A stretch of 62,868 nucleotides of DNA, counting the filler. It is 4 parts of 4 records of this genome, joined end to end, with 100 filler letters (N's around TTAATTAATTAA, not from the genome) between each part and the next. Parts side by side here need not be neighbours in the genome. Positions count along the whole stretch, not along the records: positions 16,640 to 46,142 come from SRR2962707_5582; 3 more parts are not named here. The stretch is one strand, 5' to 3'. Of the stretch, positions 18,253 to 27,990 are shown in pieces. Both the position numbers and the translations under genes were made by a program. Below the pieces are notes generated by a model. The model did not search any database, was not told where the DNA came from, and saw only the letters and a program-made list of their open reading frames with translations. The first letter of the stretch is position 1; the number at the start of each line of letters is the position of its first letter.

Positions 18253-19311
18253 TCAATACAAAATCGGGGACGACAAGCCAAGTGAGGTTGCCATGTCTAT
18301 GGCGTCAGTCTCGGTCACACCTTCGCGAAGATGGGTGAGCATGAGGTGGGTAACCGTTTGATCGCCCTGAACCAGCGTCGTGGTGTCGACTGCGCCAAGG
18401 ACGGCAAATCGCGTGGCGAAGTCACGCGCCTGAGCTTCGTCATCCCATGTGCCAAGCGCCATGCGGACCGGCGTGCCGTTGGGCTCGGAGGCCGTTTCTA
18501 GGCTGGTTGCTCCAGCGTAGGACAGCACCTGGAAGGGAATGAACTCGGGTGCCGCGATGCTGCCGGCCGCCTCTGAAGCGGTCACGGGGCGCGGCACGGG
18601 CGTAGGCGCCACGGGGGCTGCGACTGGTGCCGGCGACGTATCAGCGACCTGCACAGGCTCCTGGTAAGCCATGCGCGTGTTGTTCTGGATTTCGTAGGGC
18701 GTTAGTTGGTTGATCGAGGCGACAAGGAACTTTGTGTCATCGCCGTTGAGCGGGGCCGGGCCGATATATTGCACGCGGACATTGGCCGTGCCCTGCTGCT
18801 GGAAGCCGAGGACTTCGGCGGCGCGGCGCGAGAGATCGACGGTGCGCGAATAGGAGAACGGGCCGCGATCATTGATGCGGACTATGGTCGACGCGCCATT
18901 ATCGGCATTGGTCACGCGCACATAGGACGGCAGTGGAAGCGTTGGGTGAGCTCCCGACAATGCGTACATGTCGAAGACTTCGCCATTGGCAGTGAGGCGG
19001 CCATGGAAGGCGGGGCCGTACCAGGAGGCGCGGCCCGTTACATCGAGATCGGGCTGTTCGCGCGGGACGAACCGGTTGCCTGCGACTGTATAGGGCTGGC
19101 CGACCACGTAGCGCCCGCCGCCCTTGGGGACGTTGCGCGAGGTGGTGACCCGTGGCGAGGCTTTGACGCCCATAGAGGATTCGGAGAAAAATTCATTGCC
19201 TGCAAAGAGATCGGCGCCACTGCAACCGGCCAGCAAGACGGCAGCAGCCACAGATGTGCCCAAGGCGGCAAAAAGAGAACGGCGGCGCGCCGATCCAATA
19301 TTCGAGCTCAT
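18253..19311 (-). CDS. rlpA: Septal ring lytic transglycosylase RlpA family lipoprotein
   Basis: LAGC lipobox; GRASWYG..FHGRLTANGE, VRINDRGPF; degenerate SPOR-like C-terminus. Confidence 0.92.
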   Translation of the reverse strand: MSSNIGSARRRSLFAALGTSVAAAVLLAGCSGADLFAGNEFFSESSMGVKASPRVTTSRNVPKGGGRYVVGQPYTVAGNRFVPREQPDLDVTGRASWYGPAFHGRLTANGEVFDMYALSGAHPTLPLPSYVRVTNADNGASTIVRINDRGPFSYSRTVDLSRRAAEVLGFQQQGTANVRVQYIGPAPLNGDDTKFLVASINQLTPYEIQNNTRMAYQEPVQVADTSPAPVAAPVAPTPVPRPVTASEAAGSIAAPEFIPFQVLSYAGATSLETASEPNGTPVRMALGTWDDEAQARDFATRFAVLGAVDTTTLVQGDQTVTHLMLTHLREGVTETDAIDMATSLGLSSPILY

Positions 19312-19485
19312 ACAATCTGACCCAGTACTAACAAGATTGTCGTGCTTTCGAACCGCAAAAAGGGTTCCATTTTTGCTGAAAGCACTCCCGCAAAATGCCG
19401 ATGCTTTCGCGCGTCGAACCTCCCAAAAACCATAGGTTTGTGTAGGTTTTCTTAACGGCAGCGCAATCTTTTGGGGGCGGCGCTG

Positions 19486-20217
19486 CTACATCAGGCCGCG
19501 AGACTTGAGGGCATGGCGCACCGCGCGGGCATGCTCAAGCGCGCCGGTTGTGTCGCCATGCAGGCAGATCGAACGGGCGTCGGATTTGAAAATCGTGCCG
19601 TCCAGGGCAACGATTTCGCCATGCTCGGCGAGCCGAAGGCACTGGGCGACGACGGCGCTGGTGTCTTCAAGCACGCTGCCGGGCAAACCGCGAGCGGCCA
19701 GCAAGCCGTCGGGCGTATAGGCGCGGTCGGCATAAGCTTCGGCGATAACGGCAAGGCCGAGTGCGTTGGCGGCTCGTTCCTGCGCCGAGGCTGCAAGCGC
19801 GAGAATGGCCATGCCGGGGTAATTCTCGGCAACACCCGAAAAAACAGCGCGGGAGAGCTCTTCGTCCTCCGCGGCCATATTGGCGAGGGCGCCGTGCAGC
19901 TTGAGATAGGCGATATTTGCCCCCTCCTCTGCTGCAATGGACGCGAGGCGGGCGATTTGGGCGAGCACCTGATCGCGTATGGTCGCGAACGGCAGGTCGA
20001 GGCGGCGGCGGCCGAAATGGTCGGGGTCCGCAAAACCGGGATGGGCGCCGATGCGAACGTCATTGGCCAGTGCCCCACGGATGGCGGCGCGCATCGTCCG
20101 GTCGTCGCCCGCGTGCCCGCCGCAGGCGATTGAAGCGCTGGTGACGATTTCGAGCATGGCGAGATCATCGCCGATGCCCTCGCCCAGATCGGCGTTGAGG
20201 TCGATCAGGGTTGCCAT
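19486..20217 (-). CDS. pxpA: 5-oxoprolinase subunit A (LamB/YcsF)
   Basis: IDLNADLGE, IACGGHAGD, KLHGAL, ICLHGD. Confidence 0.92.
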   Translation of the reverse strand: MATLIDLNADLGEGIGDDLAMLEIVTSASIACGGHAGDDRTMRAAIRGALANDVRIGAHPGFADPDHFGRRRLDLPFATIRDQVLAQIARLASIAAEEGANIAYLKLHGALANMAAEDEELSRAVFSGVAENYPGMAILALAASAQERAANALGLAVIAEAYADRAYTPDGLLAARGLPGSVLEDTSAVVAQCLRLAEHGEIVALDGTIFKSDARSICLHGDTTGALEHARAVRHALKSRGLM

Positions 20218-21107
20218 TTGGCAATCCTATGGGCGTGCGCGACGGTGACGGGTTCGAAACGCACCATCCTGCCGGCGCGGATCTGGGCGAAGCGATCGAG
20301 ATCGGCGTCGATTACGGTGCCGATTCGGGGGTAGCCGCCGGTTGGCTGGTTGTCGCGCATCAAAACGATCGGCGTGCCGTCGCCCAGAATCTGGATATCG
20401 CCGGGGACCACGGCATCGGACACCAGATTTAGGAGTTTTGCATCAGTGAAAACGGACCCTGCGTCATCGAGCCTGACGCCCATGCGGTCCATGCGCGCGG
20501 ATATGCGAAATTCGGACGCTGTGAAAGCCGAGCGGACCGGACCGCTGAACAGATCGGCATGGATACCCCAGACGAAGCGGATGGGGTCACCGGGTGCGGC
20601 AGTTTCAGGGCGCGTCAGCTCGGTTTGGGTGTCGGGCAAATCTTCGAGCCCAAGTTCGTCGCCCGCTGCCAGCATGCGGCCATCAAACCCGCCGAGCCCT
20701 ACTGTTGCGTTGGTGGACCGGCTGCCAAGAATGGCGGGAACGCCGATTTCGACAGCAAAGCGCAGATAGGCGTAATTGCCCTGCGGGCCGGGCTTTATGG
20801 ACACTTTCGTATTTTCGACAAGATCGATACGGGACGGCCAGGGCCTGGGGTCGCCGTCGACGGTCAGCGAAAATTCGCCGCCGGCGACGCCAGCCGATAG
20901 CGGGGTGCCGCGATAGGTGAAATCAAGGCCGAGAGGGCCAATCTCGATTGCGGCACCGCATGGGGCCTCGGCGATAGTGGCTGCCAGCGCGTAGCCGGCG
21001 CGGTCCATGGGGCCGGACGCGCCAATACCGTGTGCAAAAAGCCCGGGGCGCCCTGCATCCTGGACCGTGGTCATCGGGCTGACGCGGGTGAGAACGATGC
21101 GGCTCAT
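20205..21107 (-). CDS. pxpC: 5-oxoprolinase subunit C
   Basis: TVQDAGR, SGPMD, DRMGVRL, QPTGGYP. Confidence 0.9.
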   Translation of the reverse strand: MSRIVLTRVSPMTTVQDAGRPGLFAHGIGASGPMDRAGYALAATIAEAPCGAAIEIGPLGLDFTYRGTPLSAGVAGGEFSLTVDGDPRPWPSRIDLVENTKVSIKPGPQGNYAYLRFAVEIGVPAILGSRSTNATVGLGGFDGRMLAAGDELGLEDLPDTQTELTRPETAAPGDPIRFVWGIHADLFSGPVRSAFTASEFRISARMDRMGVRLDDAGSVFTDAKLLNLVSDAVVPGDIQILGDGTPIVLMRDNQPTGGYPRIGTVIDADLDRFAQIRAGRMVRFEPVTVAHAHRIAKWQP

Positions 21108-21790
21108 CTGGCAGCCTCGAAGGTGATGGTGTCCCCCGCCCGCAATTGCGTTGGCGGGGATACGGCGGGGTCGAAATTGATGAGGCGGGTGCGCCCGATC
21201 ACGGCCCAGCCGGTGGGAATGGCCGTGGCGGCGATGGCCGTCTGGCGGGCGGCGAAAAGGATGCTGCCGGGTGGAACGGAGCGCCTGACTGTCTCGCGGC
21301 GCGGCACGAGCAGGTCGTCACCATGCATGCCGCAATAGACGAAGCCGGGGGCAAAGCCGACGGCGAGAACGCTCAACCGATGAGCGCAATGGGCATCGAT
21401 GAAGGCGGGAATGGTCAGCCCCAATTCGTTCGCCACCGCTTCGATATCGGGGCCATCCTCGCCGCCATATGTGATGGCGATTGCATGTGCGGCCAAGGAT
21501 ACATTGTCTTGAGCGCCGCGGTCGAGCAGGCGCAATTCGCCGCAGAGGGCCCCGTAGCCGATACGCCGGGGATCGTAGCGCACGAGGACCGAAACCAGAT
21601 TGGGCACGATTTCGATAACGCCAGGAATGGGGCGGGATTCGAGGCGCCTTGCAAAGGCAATGGTGGCAGCATTGGCGTCCAGATCAAGCCGGTCGGCGAA
21701 GCGGATGAGAACGCCTGTATCGCCCAGCGGCATGAGTGTAGGAACGATCTCTGTAACGCTATCCACTGCGTGGTCCCTACCCTTTTTCAA
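21104..21790 (-). CDS. pxpB: 5-oxoprolinase subunit B
   Basis: YGGEDGPD, GFAPGFVY, PTGWAVIGRT; start uncertain. Confidence 0.9.
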   Translation of the reverse strand: MKKGRDHAVDSVTEIVPTLMPLGDTGVLIRFADRLDLDANAATIAFARRLESRPIPGVIEIVPNLVSVLVRYDPRRIGYGALCGELRLLDRGAQDNVSLAAHAIAITYGGEDGPDIEAVANELGLTIPAFIDAHCAHRLSVLAVGFAPGFVYCGMHGDDLLVPRRETVRRSVPPGSILFAARQTAIAATAIPTGWAVIGRTRLINFDPAVSPPTQLRAGDTITFEAAR

Positions 21791-21867
21791 TGCCTGTCAG
21801 GGCGTAGCCGGGTGCGCTTGCATTGGCAAGTCAAACACGACACGATGGACTAAGGGATGGAGGCACC

Positions 21868-22071
21868 ATGCGGATTTTTATCATAGCGGCCAGTCTTGTG
21901 GTTCTGGTTGTCGCGCTGTTGACGCTGGGGCTTTCGGCGGCCGAATTCGGGTTCGTCATGCTCGGGGGCGCGCTGGTCGTTGCGGTTGTGATGTATATCA
22001 TTACGCGGCGGCGCTATCAGCGCATGAGTGACAGCGACAAGGATGATCGCGAGCCTCCCAGCCTTCCTTAG
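21868..22071 (+). CDS. Small 2-TM membrane protein
   Basis: GGAGG RBS before ATG 21868; two hydrophobic helices and a charged tail; 67 aa. Confidence 0.7.
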   Translation: MRIFIIAASLVVLVVALLTLGLSAAEFGFVMLGGALVVAVVMYIITRRRYQRMSDSDKDDREPPSLP

Positions 22072-22155
22072 AGATTGATCGGCCAACACGCGATTTATTC
22101 AATTTTTCTCCAATGCGTTTGCCGGGTCTTGGCATCTTGATGGTCCAATGGCCCC

Positions 22156-22395
22156 ATGAAGCCTATGACATCAGAAACATTGCAGCAGCGCGCCGTGTGC
22201 GGCCAGGCCGAAGCTGTTCTGGAAAATCTTGGCCGCTCGCAGAGCCTGCCAAGCTGCCTGAGCCTGTCGATCGAGGAAATCATCGAGCGGGCGTGGGAGT
22301 TGGCTTATCGCCGCAATAGCGGCGAGAGCCATGACAATGTTATCGTGGTGCCCCAGTGGGCCTTCCGCAACAAGGGTGCGACCGAACCACGCTAG
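22156..22395 (+). CDS. Small hypothetical protein
   Basis: 79-aa ORF filling the intergenic space; protein-like composition; no recognised family. Confidence 0.5.
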   Translation: MKPMTSETLQQRAVCGQAEAVLENLGRSQSLPSCLSLSIEEIIERAWELAYRRNSGESHDNVIVVPQWAFRNKGATEPR

Positions 22396-22455
22396 CCGTT
22401 GCGTCGACGCCAGTGCCTGCTTAAATTTCCCTGCATCGATTAACAGGGCGCGGCC

Positions 22456-23337
22456 ATGGACGTTGAGATTGTTCCTGCAGCATCATCTCCGAGCATCGGC
22501 GTTGCCCTTGGCGGCGGCGCGGCGCGCGGGCTTTCCCACATTCCCTACATCGAAGCCATGGATGAGCTTGGCCTTAAGCCGTCCCGGATTTCGGGCTGTT
22601 CGATCGGCGCTCTGATTGGGGCCGGCTGGGCAAACGGGATGACAGGTGCAGAGCTGCGCGAATACGCCTATAGCGTGCTCGGCAGCTTCCAGCTCGTGGC
22701 TGGAACCGTGTGGTCGGCGCATCGGCCCAGCCTGATCGGCATACTGCAGAACGGGCTGAGCTTTCAGGTCGATCCCGAGAGCATAACCGAGGCCTTTCTG
22801 CCTGAGGGCTTTCCCGACGATTTTTCCGATCTCAAAGTGCCGTTTTCAACCGTCGCCGCCGATTATTACAGCTGGGAACAGGTGGTGTTCGATTCCGGTC
22901 CTTTGCGGATCGGCATTGCCGCATCGATGGCGATTCCCGCTGCGTTCAAGCCCGTTCATCTAAATGGCCGTACCTATATCGATGGTGGCGTCATCAACCC
23001 GGTACCCGTCGATCAGGTGATCGATGGATCCGACATCTTGGTTGCCGTTGACGTCAACGGAAGTCCCGAACCTCCGAACCAGGAGGCCGAGCCGGGAATG
23101 GTCGATCTGGGGTTTGTTGCAACCCAGATCATGATCCAGACCATCGTGCGTGCCCAGTTGGAGCGCCATCCGCCCGACATATACGTTCGACCGGCTGTTA
23201 ATCCGTTCGGGTTGATGGAATTCTGGCGAGTCCGGGAACTGCTCGAGGCGTGCGATCCCGACAAGGAACGCTTCAAGCGCGCCATGGAAGAAAAGCTGGA
23301 AAATTTCCAGCGTTCGGGGCATAGGATCGATATCTGA
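22456..23337 (+). CDS. Patatin-like phospholipase
   Basis: GGGAARG, GCSIG nucleophile motif, DGG. Confidence 0.92.
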   Translation: MDVEIVPAASSPSIGVALGGGAARGLSHIPYIEAMDELGLKPSRISGCSIGALIGAGWANGMTGAELREYAYSVLGSFQLVAGTVWSAHRPSLIGILQNGLSFQVDPESITEAFLPEGFPDDFSDLKVPFSTVAADYYSWEQVVFDSGPLRIGIAASMAIPAAFKPVHLNGRTYIDGGVINPVPVDQVIDGSDILVAVDVNGSPEPPNQEAEPGMVDLGFVATQIMIQTIVRAQLERHPPDIYVRPAVNPFGLMEFWRVRELLEACDPDKERFKRAMEEKLENFQRSGHRIDI

Positions 23338-23358
23338 CCGGTTAAAGAGACGGACCAA

Positions 23359-23604
23359 ATGAGAATCGTTACCGCCGCGCTTTGCCTGATTGTCCTTGCA
23401 GGATGTTCTTCCACATCGACGGGCAGTCCCGAGCTTAGCGTCAGCCAGAAGACCAAGGTCGAGTGCGTGGCGAGCAATTTCGAGCCCAACGGGTGCACGA
23501 CGTCACACGAGTTCGGACTGGCCGCGACGCTCGCCACGAATCAGGGCGCCCTGCCCAGCGCCGCGGATTTGCGCGCCCCCGACGCGGACGAATCCGAGTT
23601 CTAG
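23359..23604 (+). CDS. Small lipoprotein
   Basis: MRIVTAALCLIVLAGC lipobox; two further Cys residues. Confidence 0.7.
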   Translation: MRIVTAALCLIVLAGCSSTSTGSPELSVSQKTKVECVASNFEPNGCTTSHEFGLAATLATNQGALPSAADLRAPDADESEF

Positions 23605-23620
23605 CGCCGCCGAGGCTTCG

Positions 23621-24526
23621 TCAGGATACCCTTCCATCTTTGGCAAGGAAATCGAGCAGCGCTCTGACTCGCGAAGGCAGCGGGCCACCCTGCCCGACAT
23701 AGACGGCGTGGAAGGTTTCGCAATCGCCGGTGTCGAGATGGCCGAGCACCGGCATCAAGCGTCCCGCGGCAATGTCACCCCGAACGGTAAAGGCTGCCAG
23801 ACGGGCAAGACCCACTCCGGCCAAAGCAAGTTGGCGCAGACCTTCGCCATCGCTCGCCTGGACGCGCCCGCTGGCCGGCACGACATTGGTTTTGCCATTT
23901 TCCCGGAGTGGCCAACCATCAACGGTGCGCGCGTAGCCGAAGCCGATCCGATCATGGTGCTCGAGATCGGCAATGGTCCGTGGTTCGCCCCATCGTTCCA
24001 GATAGGACGGTGCGGCAACGACGACCAGCGGCGTATCGCCGAGTTTGCGGGCGACGAGGCTGGAGCTCTTTAGGGGCCCGGCGCGGATGGCCACATCCAT
24101 GCGCTCTGCAAGCAGATCAACCACGGCATCGGTTTGCACGATGTCGAGCGTGATACCCGGATGGCTTGCCAGAAAGTCCGGCAGGACAGGTGCGAGGATG
24201 TGTGTGGCGTATGAGGCGCTGGTATTTATGCGGACGCGCCCCACGGCCTCCTCGCCGATGCTCGCGGCGCGTTCAGCCTCCTCCAGATCAGCCAGGACGC
24301 GCGTTGCCCGCTCGTAAAAGGCGCAACCCTCGGGCGTAAGCTGGAGTTGCCGCGTAGAGCGATTGAGCAATCTGGCACCGAGCCGGGCTTCCAAACGTGC
24401 GATCAGTTTGCTGACCGCAGATGGCGTCATGCGCGCGGCGCGGGCAGCGGGCGAGAAGCCGCCGAGTTCGACCACGCGCACGAATACCTCCATCTCGCCG
24501 GAGCGGTTCACATCTAGCCGTGCCAT
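23621..24526 (-). CDS. LysR-family regulator (CrgA-like)
   Basis: GGFSPAAR..SAVSK..LLNRSTRQLQLT; divergent from the MFS gene; T-N11-A box at 24529-24541. Confidence 0.93.
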   Translation of the reverse strand: MARLDVNRSGEMEVFVRVVELGGFSPAARAARMTPSAVSKLIARLEARLGARLLNRSTRQLQLTPEGCAFYERATRVLADLEEAERAASIGEEAVGRVRINTSASYATHILAPVLPDFLASHPGITLDIVQTDAVVDLLAERMDVAIRAGPLKSSSLVARKLGDTPLVVVAAPSYLERWGEPRTIADLEHHDRIGFGYARTVDGWPLRENGKTNVVPASGRVQASDGEGLRQLALAGVGLARLAAFTVRGDIAAGRLMPVLGHLDTGDCETFHAVYVGQGGPLPSRVRALLDFLAKDGRVS

Positions 24527-24630
24527 TATGACTTCATCTCACAAGTGCTGTTCCAGTGCGCATTCTATTTCATCGTGCGTTGAAGGTCTATCTTCTCCGA
24601 ACCTTTCCGAATGAAGATCGAGACCCCACT

Positions 24631-25812
24631 ATGCCTTTGGCACTTTACGCATTGACAGTTGGCGCTTTCGGCGTCGGCGTCACCGAATTTGTTATCATGG
24701 GCCTCCTGTTGGAGGTCAGCCGCGAGTTAGATGTCACTATAGCTGCCGCCGGACTTCTGATTTCCGGCTATGCCCTCGGCGTGACCGTCGGTGCTCCCAT
24801 CCTGACCGTGCTCACGGCGCGCTGGCCGCGCAAGCGGGTGCTTGTCGGGTTGATGGTCATCTTCGTAATCGGCAATGCCGCATGCGCGCTTGCGCCGAGC
24901 TATGGCTGGCTGATGGCCGCGCGGGTGCTGACGGCACTGACCCACGGTACCTTCTTCGGCGTTGGCGCGGTGGTGGCGACGGGCCTAGTTTCTGAGGACA
25001 AGCGCGCGTCGGCCATCGCCATCATGTTCACCGGCCTTACTGTCGCGACAGTGCTTGGTGTGCCCTTTGGCACATGGCTCGGCCAGCAGTATGACTGGCG
25101 TGCGACGTTCTGGGCGGTAACGGGGGTGGGCGTTTTCGCCATTGTCGTGCTCGCTGCGCTGGTGCCGCAGGACCGGACGCGGCCGCAAGCATCGGACTGG
25201 CGCTCCGACTTGCGTGCCATCGCCCGGCGACCCGTGCTGCTCGGCCTTTTGACGACTGTGTTCGGCTATGCCGGTGTTTTTGCGGTCTTTACCTACATCG
25301 CGCCGTTGCTGACCGAGATCGGCGGCTTTGACGACAGCGCCGTATCGCCGATCCTGCTGGTGTTCGGGGGTGGTCTGTTCGCGGGCAATCTGCTTGGCGG
25401 CAGGTTCGCCGACCGGGGCCTGGTGCCCTCCATATTCGGAACGCTGGCAGCACTCACTGCCGTGTTGGGGCTGATGACTTTCGCGTTCAACAATCAGGTC
25501 GCCGCGGTGCTTTTCACCGGCCTTCTGGGTGCGACTGGTTTCGCTACGGTCGCACCTTTGCAGATGTGGGTGCTTTCAAAGGCCGAAGGCGCCGGCCAGA
25601 GCCTCGCATCGAGCTTCAATATCGGCGCCTTCAATCTTGGGAACGCCATCGGCGCATGGACCGGCGGTGTCGTGATCGACCAGGGTCCCGGCCTCGCCTT
25701 CGTGCCGATTATTGCCGCGCTCTTCCCGCTTCTCGCCATCGTCACGGCGCTGATCGCCGTTCGCGCCGGCCAGCGACCTGTGGCGACACCCTCCTGCAAT
25801 CCGATTCTCTAA
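24631..25812 (+). CDS. MFS transporter (DHA1/AraJ-like)
   Basis: GVTEFVIMGLL, HGTFFG, GVPFGT, AFNLGNAIG. Confidence 0.92.
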   Translation: MPLALYALTVGAFGVGVTEFVIMGLLLEVSRELDVTIAAAGLLISGYALGVTVGAPILTVLTARWPRKRVLVGLMVIFVIGNAACALAPSYGWLMAARVLTALTHGTFFGVGAVVATGLVSEDKRASAIAIMFTGLTVATVLGVPFGTWLGQQYDWRATFWAVTGVGVFAIVVLAALVPQDRTRPQASDWRSDLRAIARRPVLLGLLTTVFGYAGVFAVFTYIAPLLTEIGGFDDSAVSPILLVFGGGLFAGNLLGGRFADRGLVPSIFGTLAALTAVLGLMTFAFNNQVAAVLFTGLLGATGFATVAPLQMWVLSKAEGAGQSLASSFNIGAFNLGNAIGAWTGGVVIDQGPGLAFVPIIAALFPLLAIVTALIAVRAGQRPVATPSCNPIL

Positions 25813-25823
25813 GGAGCATTTCG

Positions 25824-26858
25824 ATGGACTATAGATCGCTTGGCAAATCCGGCCTCAAGGTGCCGGTCCTCAGTTTCGGCGCCGGCACATTCGGCGGCAC
25901 CGGCCCACTTTTCGGCAACTGGGGTACATCCGACGCCACCGAGGCGCGCCGTCTCGTCGACATCTGCCTCGAAGCCGGTGTCAATCTGTTCGACACCGCA
26001 GACGTCTATTCGGACGGCGCTTCGGAGGAGGTGCTTGGTCAGGCCATCAAGGGCAAGCGCGACGCGGTGCTGATCTCGACCAAGACCGGGCTGCCGATGG
26101 GCGATGGCCCCAATGATGGCGGGACCTCCCGTTTCCGGCTGATCCGCTCTGTCGAGGATGCTTTGCGTCGCCTTCGGACCGATTATATCGACATTCTGCA
26201 ACTTCACGCCTTCGATGCGGGCACGCCGGTCGAGGAAGTGCTTTCGACGCTCGACATGCTGGTCCGTGCCGGCAAGGTTCGTTATGTCGGCGTCTCAAAT
26301 TTTTCGGGCTGGCAGGTGATGAAATCGCTGGCTGCGTCCGACCGGCATGGCTGGCCGCGCTACGTCACCAACCAGGTCTATTACTCGCTGGTCGGGCGCG
26401 ACTACGAATGGGAACTGATGCCGCTCGGCGAGGATCAGGGCTTGGGCGCACTGGTCTGGAGCCCGCTGGGCTGGGGCCGGCTAACCGGGAAGATCCGCCG
26501 TGGCACGCCTCTACCGGACGGCAGCCGCCTGCATGAAACCGCCAGCTTTGGCCCGCCGGTGGAAGAAGACCATCTCTATCGCGTAGTCGATGCTCTCGAT
26601 GCGATAGCAGAAGAAACCGGCAAGTCGGTTCCACAGGTCGCGCTCAACTGGCTGTTGCAACGCCCGACTGTCTCCTCGGTGATAGTTGGTGCCCGCACCG
26701 AAGAGCAGTTGCGCCAGAATCTCGGGGCGGTTGGCTGGAGTTTGACGCACGAACAGATCGCCAGGCTCAATGAGGCCAGCGCTGTCACCGCGCCGTACCC
26801 CTATTTCCCCTATCGCCGGCAGGAGGGCTTCGCTCGGATCAATCCGCCGATGGTGTAA
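25824..26858 (+). CDS. Aldo/keto reductase
   Basis: LGKSGLKV, FDTADVYS, LRTDYIDI, GVSNFSGW, WSPLG; AAGGAG RBS. Confidence 0.93.
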   Translation: MDYRSLGKSGLKVPVLSFGAGTFGGTGPLFGNWGTSDATEARRLVDICLEAGVNLFDTADVYSDGASEEVLGQAIKGKRDAVLISTKTGLPMGDGPNDGGTSRFRLIRSVEDALRRLRTDYIDILQLHAFDAGTPVEEVLSTLDMLVRAGKVRYVGVSNFSGWQVMKSLAASDRHGWPRYVTNQVYYSLVGRDYEWELMPLGEDQGLGALVWSPLGWGRLTGKIRRGTPLPDGSRLHETASFGPPVEEDHLYRVVDALDAIAEETGKSVPQVALNWLLQRPTVSSVIVGARTEEQLRQNLGAVGWSLTHEQIARLNEASAVTAPYPYFPYRRQEGFARINPPMV

Positions 26859-26871
26859 GGCTGGCGGCAAA

Positions 26872-26961
26872 TGGCGGGTGGGGGGAGATTCGAACTCCCG
26901 AGACGCTCTCACGCCCGCCGGTTTTCAAGACCGGTGCAATCAACCACTCTGCCACCCACCC
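26872..26961 (-). tRNA. tRNA-Ser (anticodon TGA)
   Basis: Reverse complement GGGTGGG..., anticodon arm CCGGT-CTTGAAA-ACCGG, long variable arm, GTTCGAATC, CCCACCC-G-CCA; 90 nt. Confidence 0.95.
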
Positions 26962-27035
26962 GTGAGCCGCAAGCCCTCAACGGGGCTGGCTGATTGGATT
27001 GCGTTTAGCGGTTCAGCGCGGGGCTGTCCAGAGGA

Positions 27036-27929
27036 TCAGGAGACCGTTATCGGCGGTTTGCGCCGCGGACGGGCAATCATGTCCTTGGAGGCCAGCACGG
27101 CGCCACCGGTGATGAGTACGCAGGCGATGGCGATCGGCAAGGTCAGGGCACCAAGGCCGAAAACGATCAGCAGCAAGGTCGAAAGAAGTGGCGCGGCGTA
27201 GCTGGCGGCGCCAAGCACCTGGATGTTGCCGTGCTTGACGCCGTAATCCCAAACAAAAAACGCACCCCCGACCGGCATCAAACCCATGCCGAGCACGGCC
27301 AGCCACTGGACCGTGTCGGCCGGCATCACTGTTTCTTCGAGTATCAAGTGGCACGCGAGCGAGAGTACGGCGGCCGCGGCGCAGTACCATGTGACCATGC
27401 GGGTAGGCACTTGAGCGAAACGGCGAGACATGAGCGAATAGCTGGCCCATGTGATGGCGGCCAGGATACCGATGCCATAGCCGAAAAGATATTCGGCGTC
27501 GAAAGCGAAGCGCCCGCCATCAGAGACGATGAGTACCGTTCCGGCCAACCCCAGCAGGGCTCCGGCCACATGATGCCAGCGCAGGCCCTCCCCGGGCATC
27601 AGCGACGACCCGAGAACGATCAGCAGCGGCCAAAGATAGTTGATCAGATTGGCCTCGATGACCGGCGCGTTCCGGACGGCGGTGAAATAGAAAAAATGGT
27701 AGCCGAACAGGCCCGCCACGCCGACGATCCACGCCATGAGCGGGACCTTTGCGGCGGGTGCGCGGGGCTTGCCGCGACGGCTGGTTGCCAAAAGCCCGAC
27801 AAGTGTCGCGACGGCAAAAGAAAAGGCGCACAGAAGGAACGGCGGCACCGCACCCGACAGGCTGGAGAACAACGCCAGCAGCGACCACATGAGGATTGCC
27901 GAAAATCCGATCAACGTTGGACGAACCAC
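27036..27929 (-). CDS. EamA/DMT transporter (YddG-like)
   Basis: ~10 TM; GLFGYHFFYF, ANLINYLWP, WDYGVKHG. Confidence 0.9.
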   Translation of the reverse strand: MVRPTLIGFSAILMWSLLALFSSLSGAVPPFLLCAFSFAVATLVGLLATSRRGKPRAPAAKVPLMAWIVGVAGLFGYHFFYFTAVRNAPVIEANLINYLWPLLIVLGSSLMPGEGLRWHHVAGALLGLAGTVLIVSDGGRFAFDAEYLFGYGIGILAAITWASYSLMSRRFAQVPTRMVTWYCAAAAVLSLACHLILEETVMPADTVQWLAVLGMGLMPVGGAFFVWDYGVKHGNIQVLGAASYAAPLLSTLLLIVFGLGALTLPIAIACVLITGGAVLASKDMIARPRRKPPITVS

Positions 27930-27990
27930 AATTGTTTCCTTTGCCGGCGTGGGGTGGAGGCCGCATCACGGCCTCCGCGATTGCACCAGA

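Noticed and set aside
17007..18338. 443-aa plus-strand ORF
   Set aside because: Antisense shadow of dacA in high-GC DNA; no recognisable motifs.
19441..19460. CtrA box upstream of rlpA
   Set aside because: Only a TTAAC half-site; no TTAA-N7-TTAA match.
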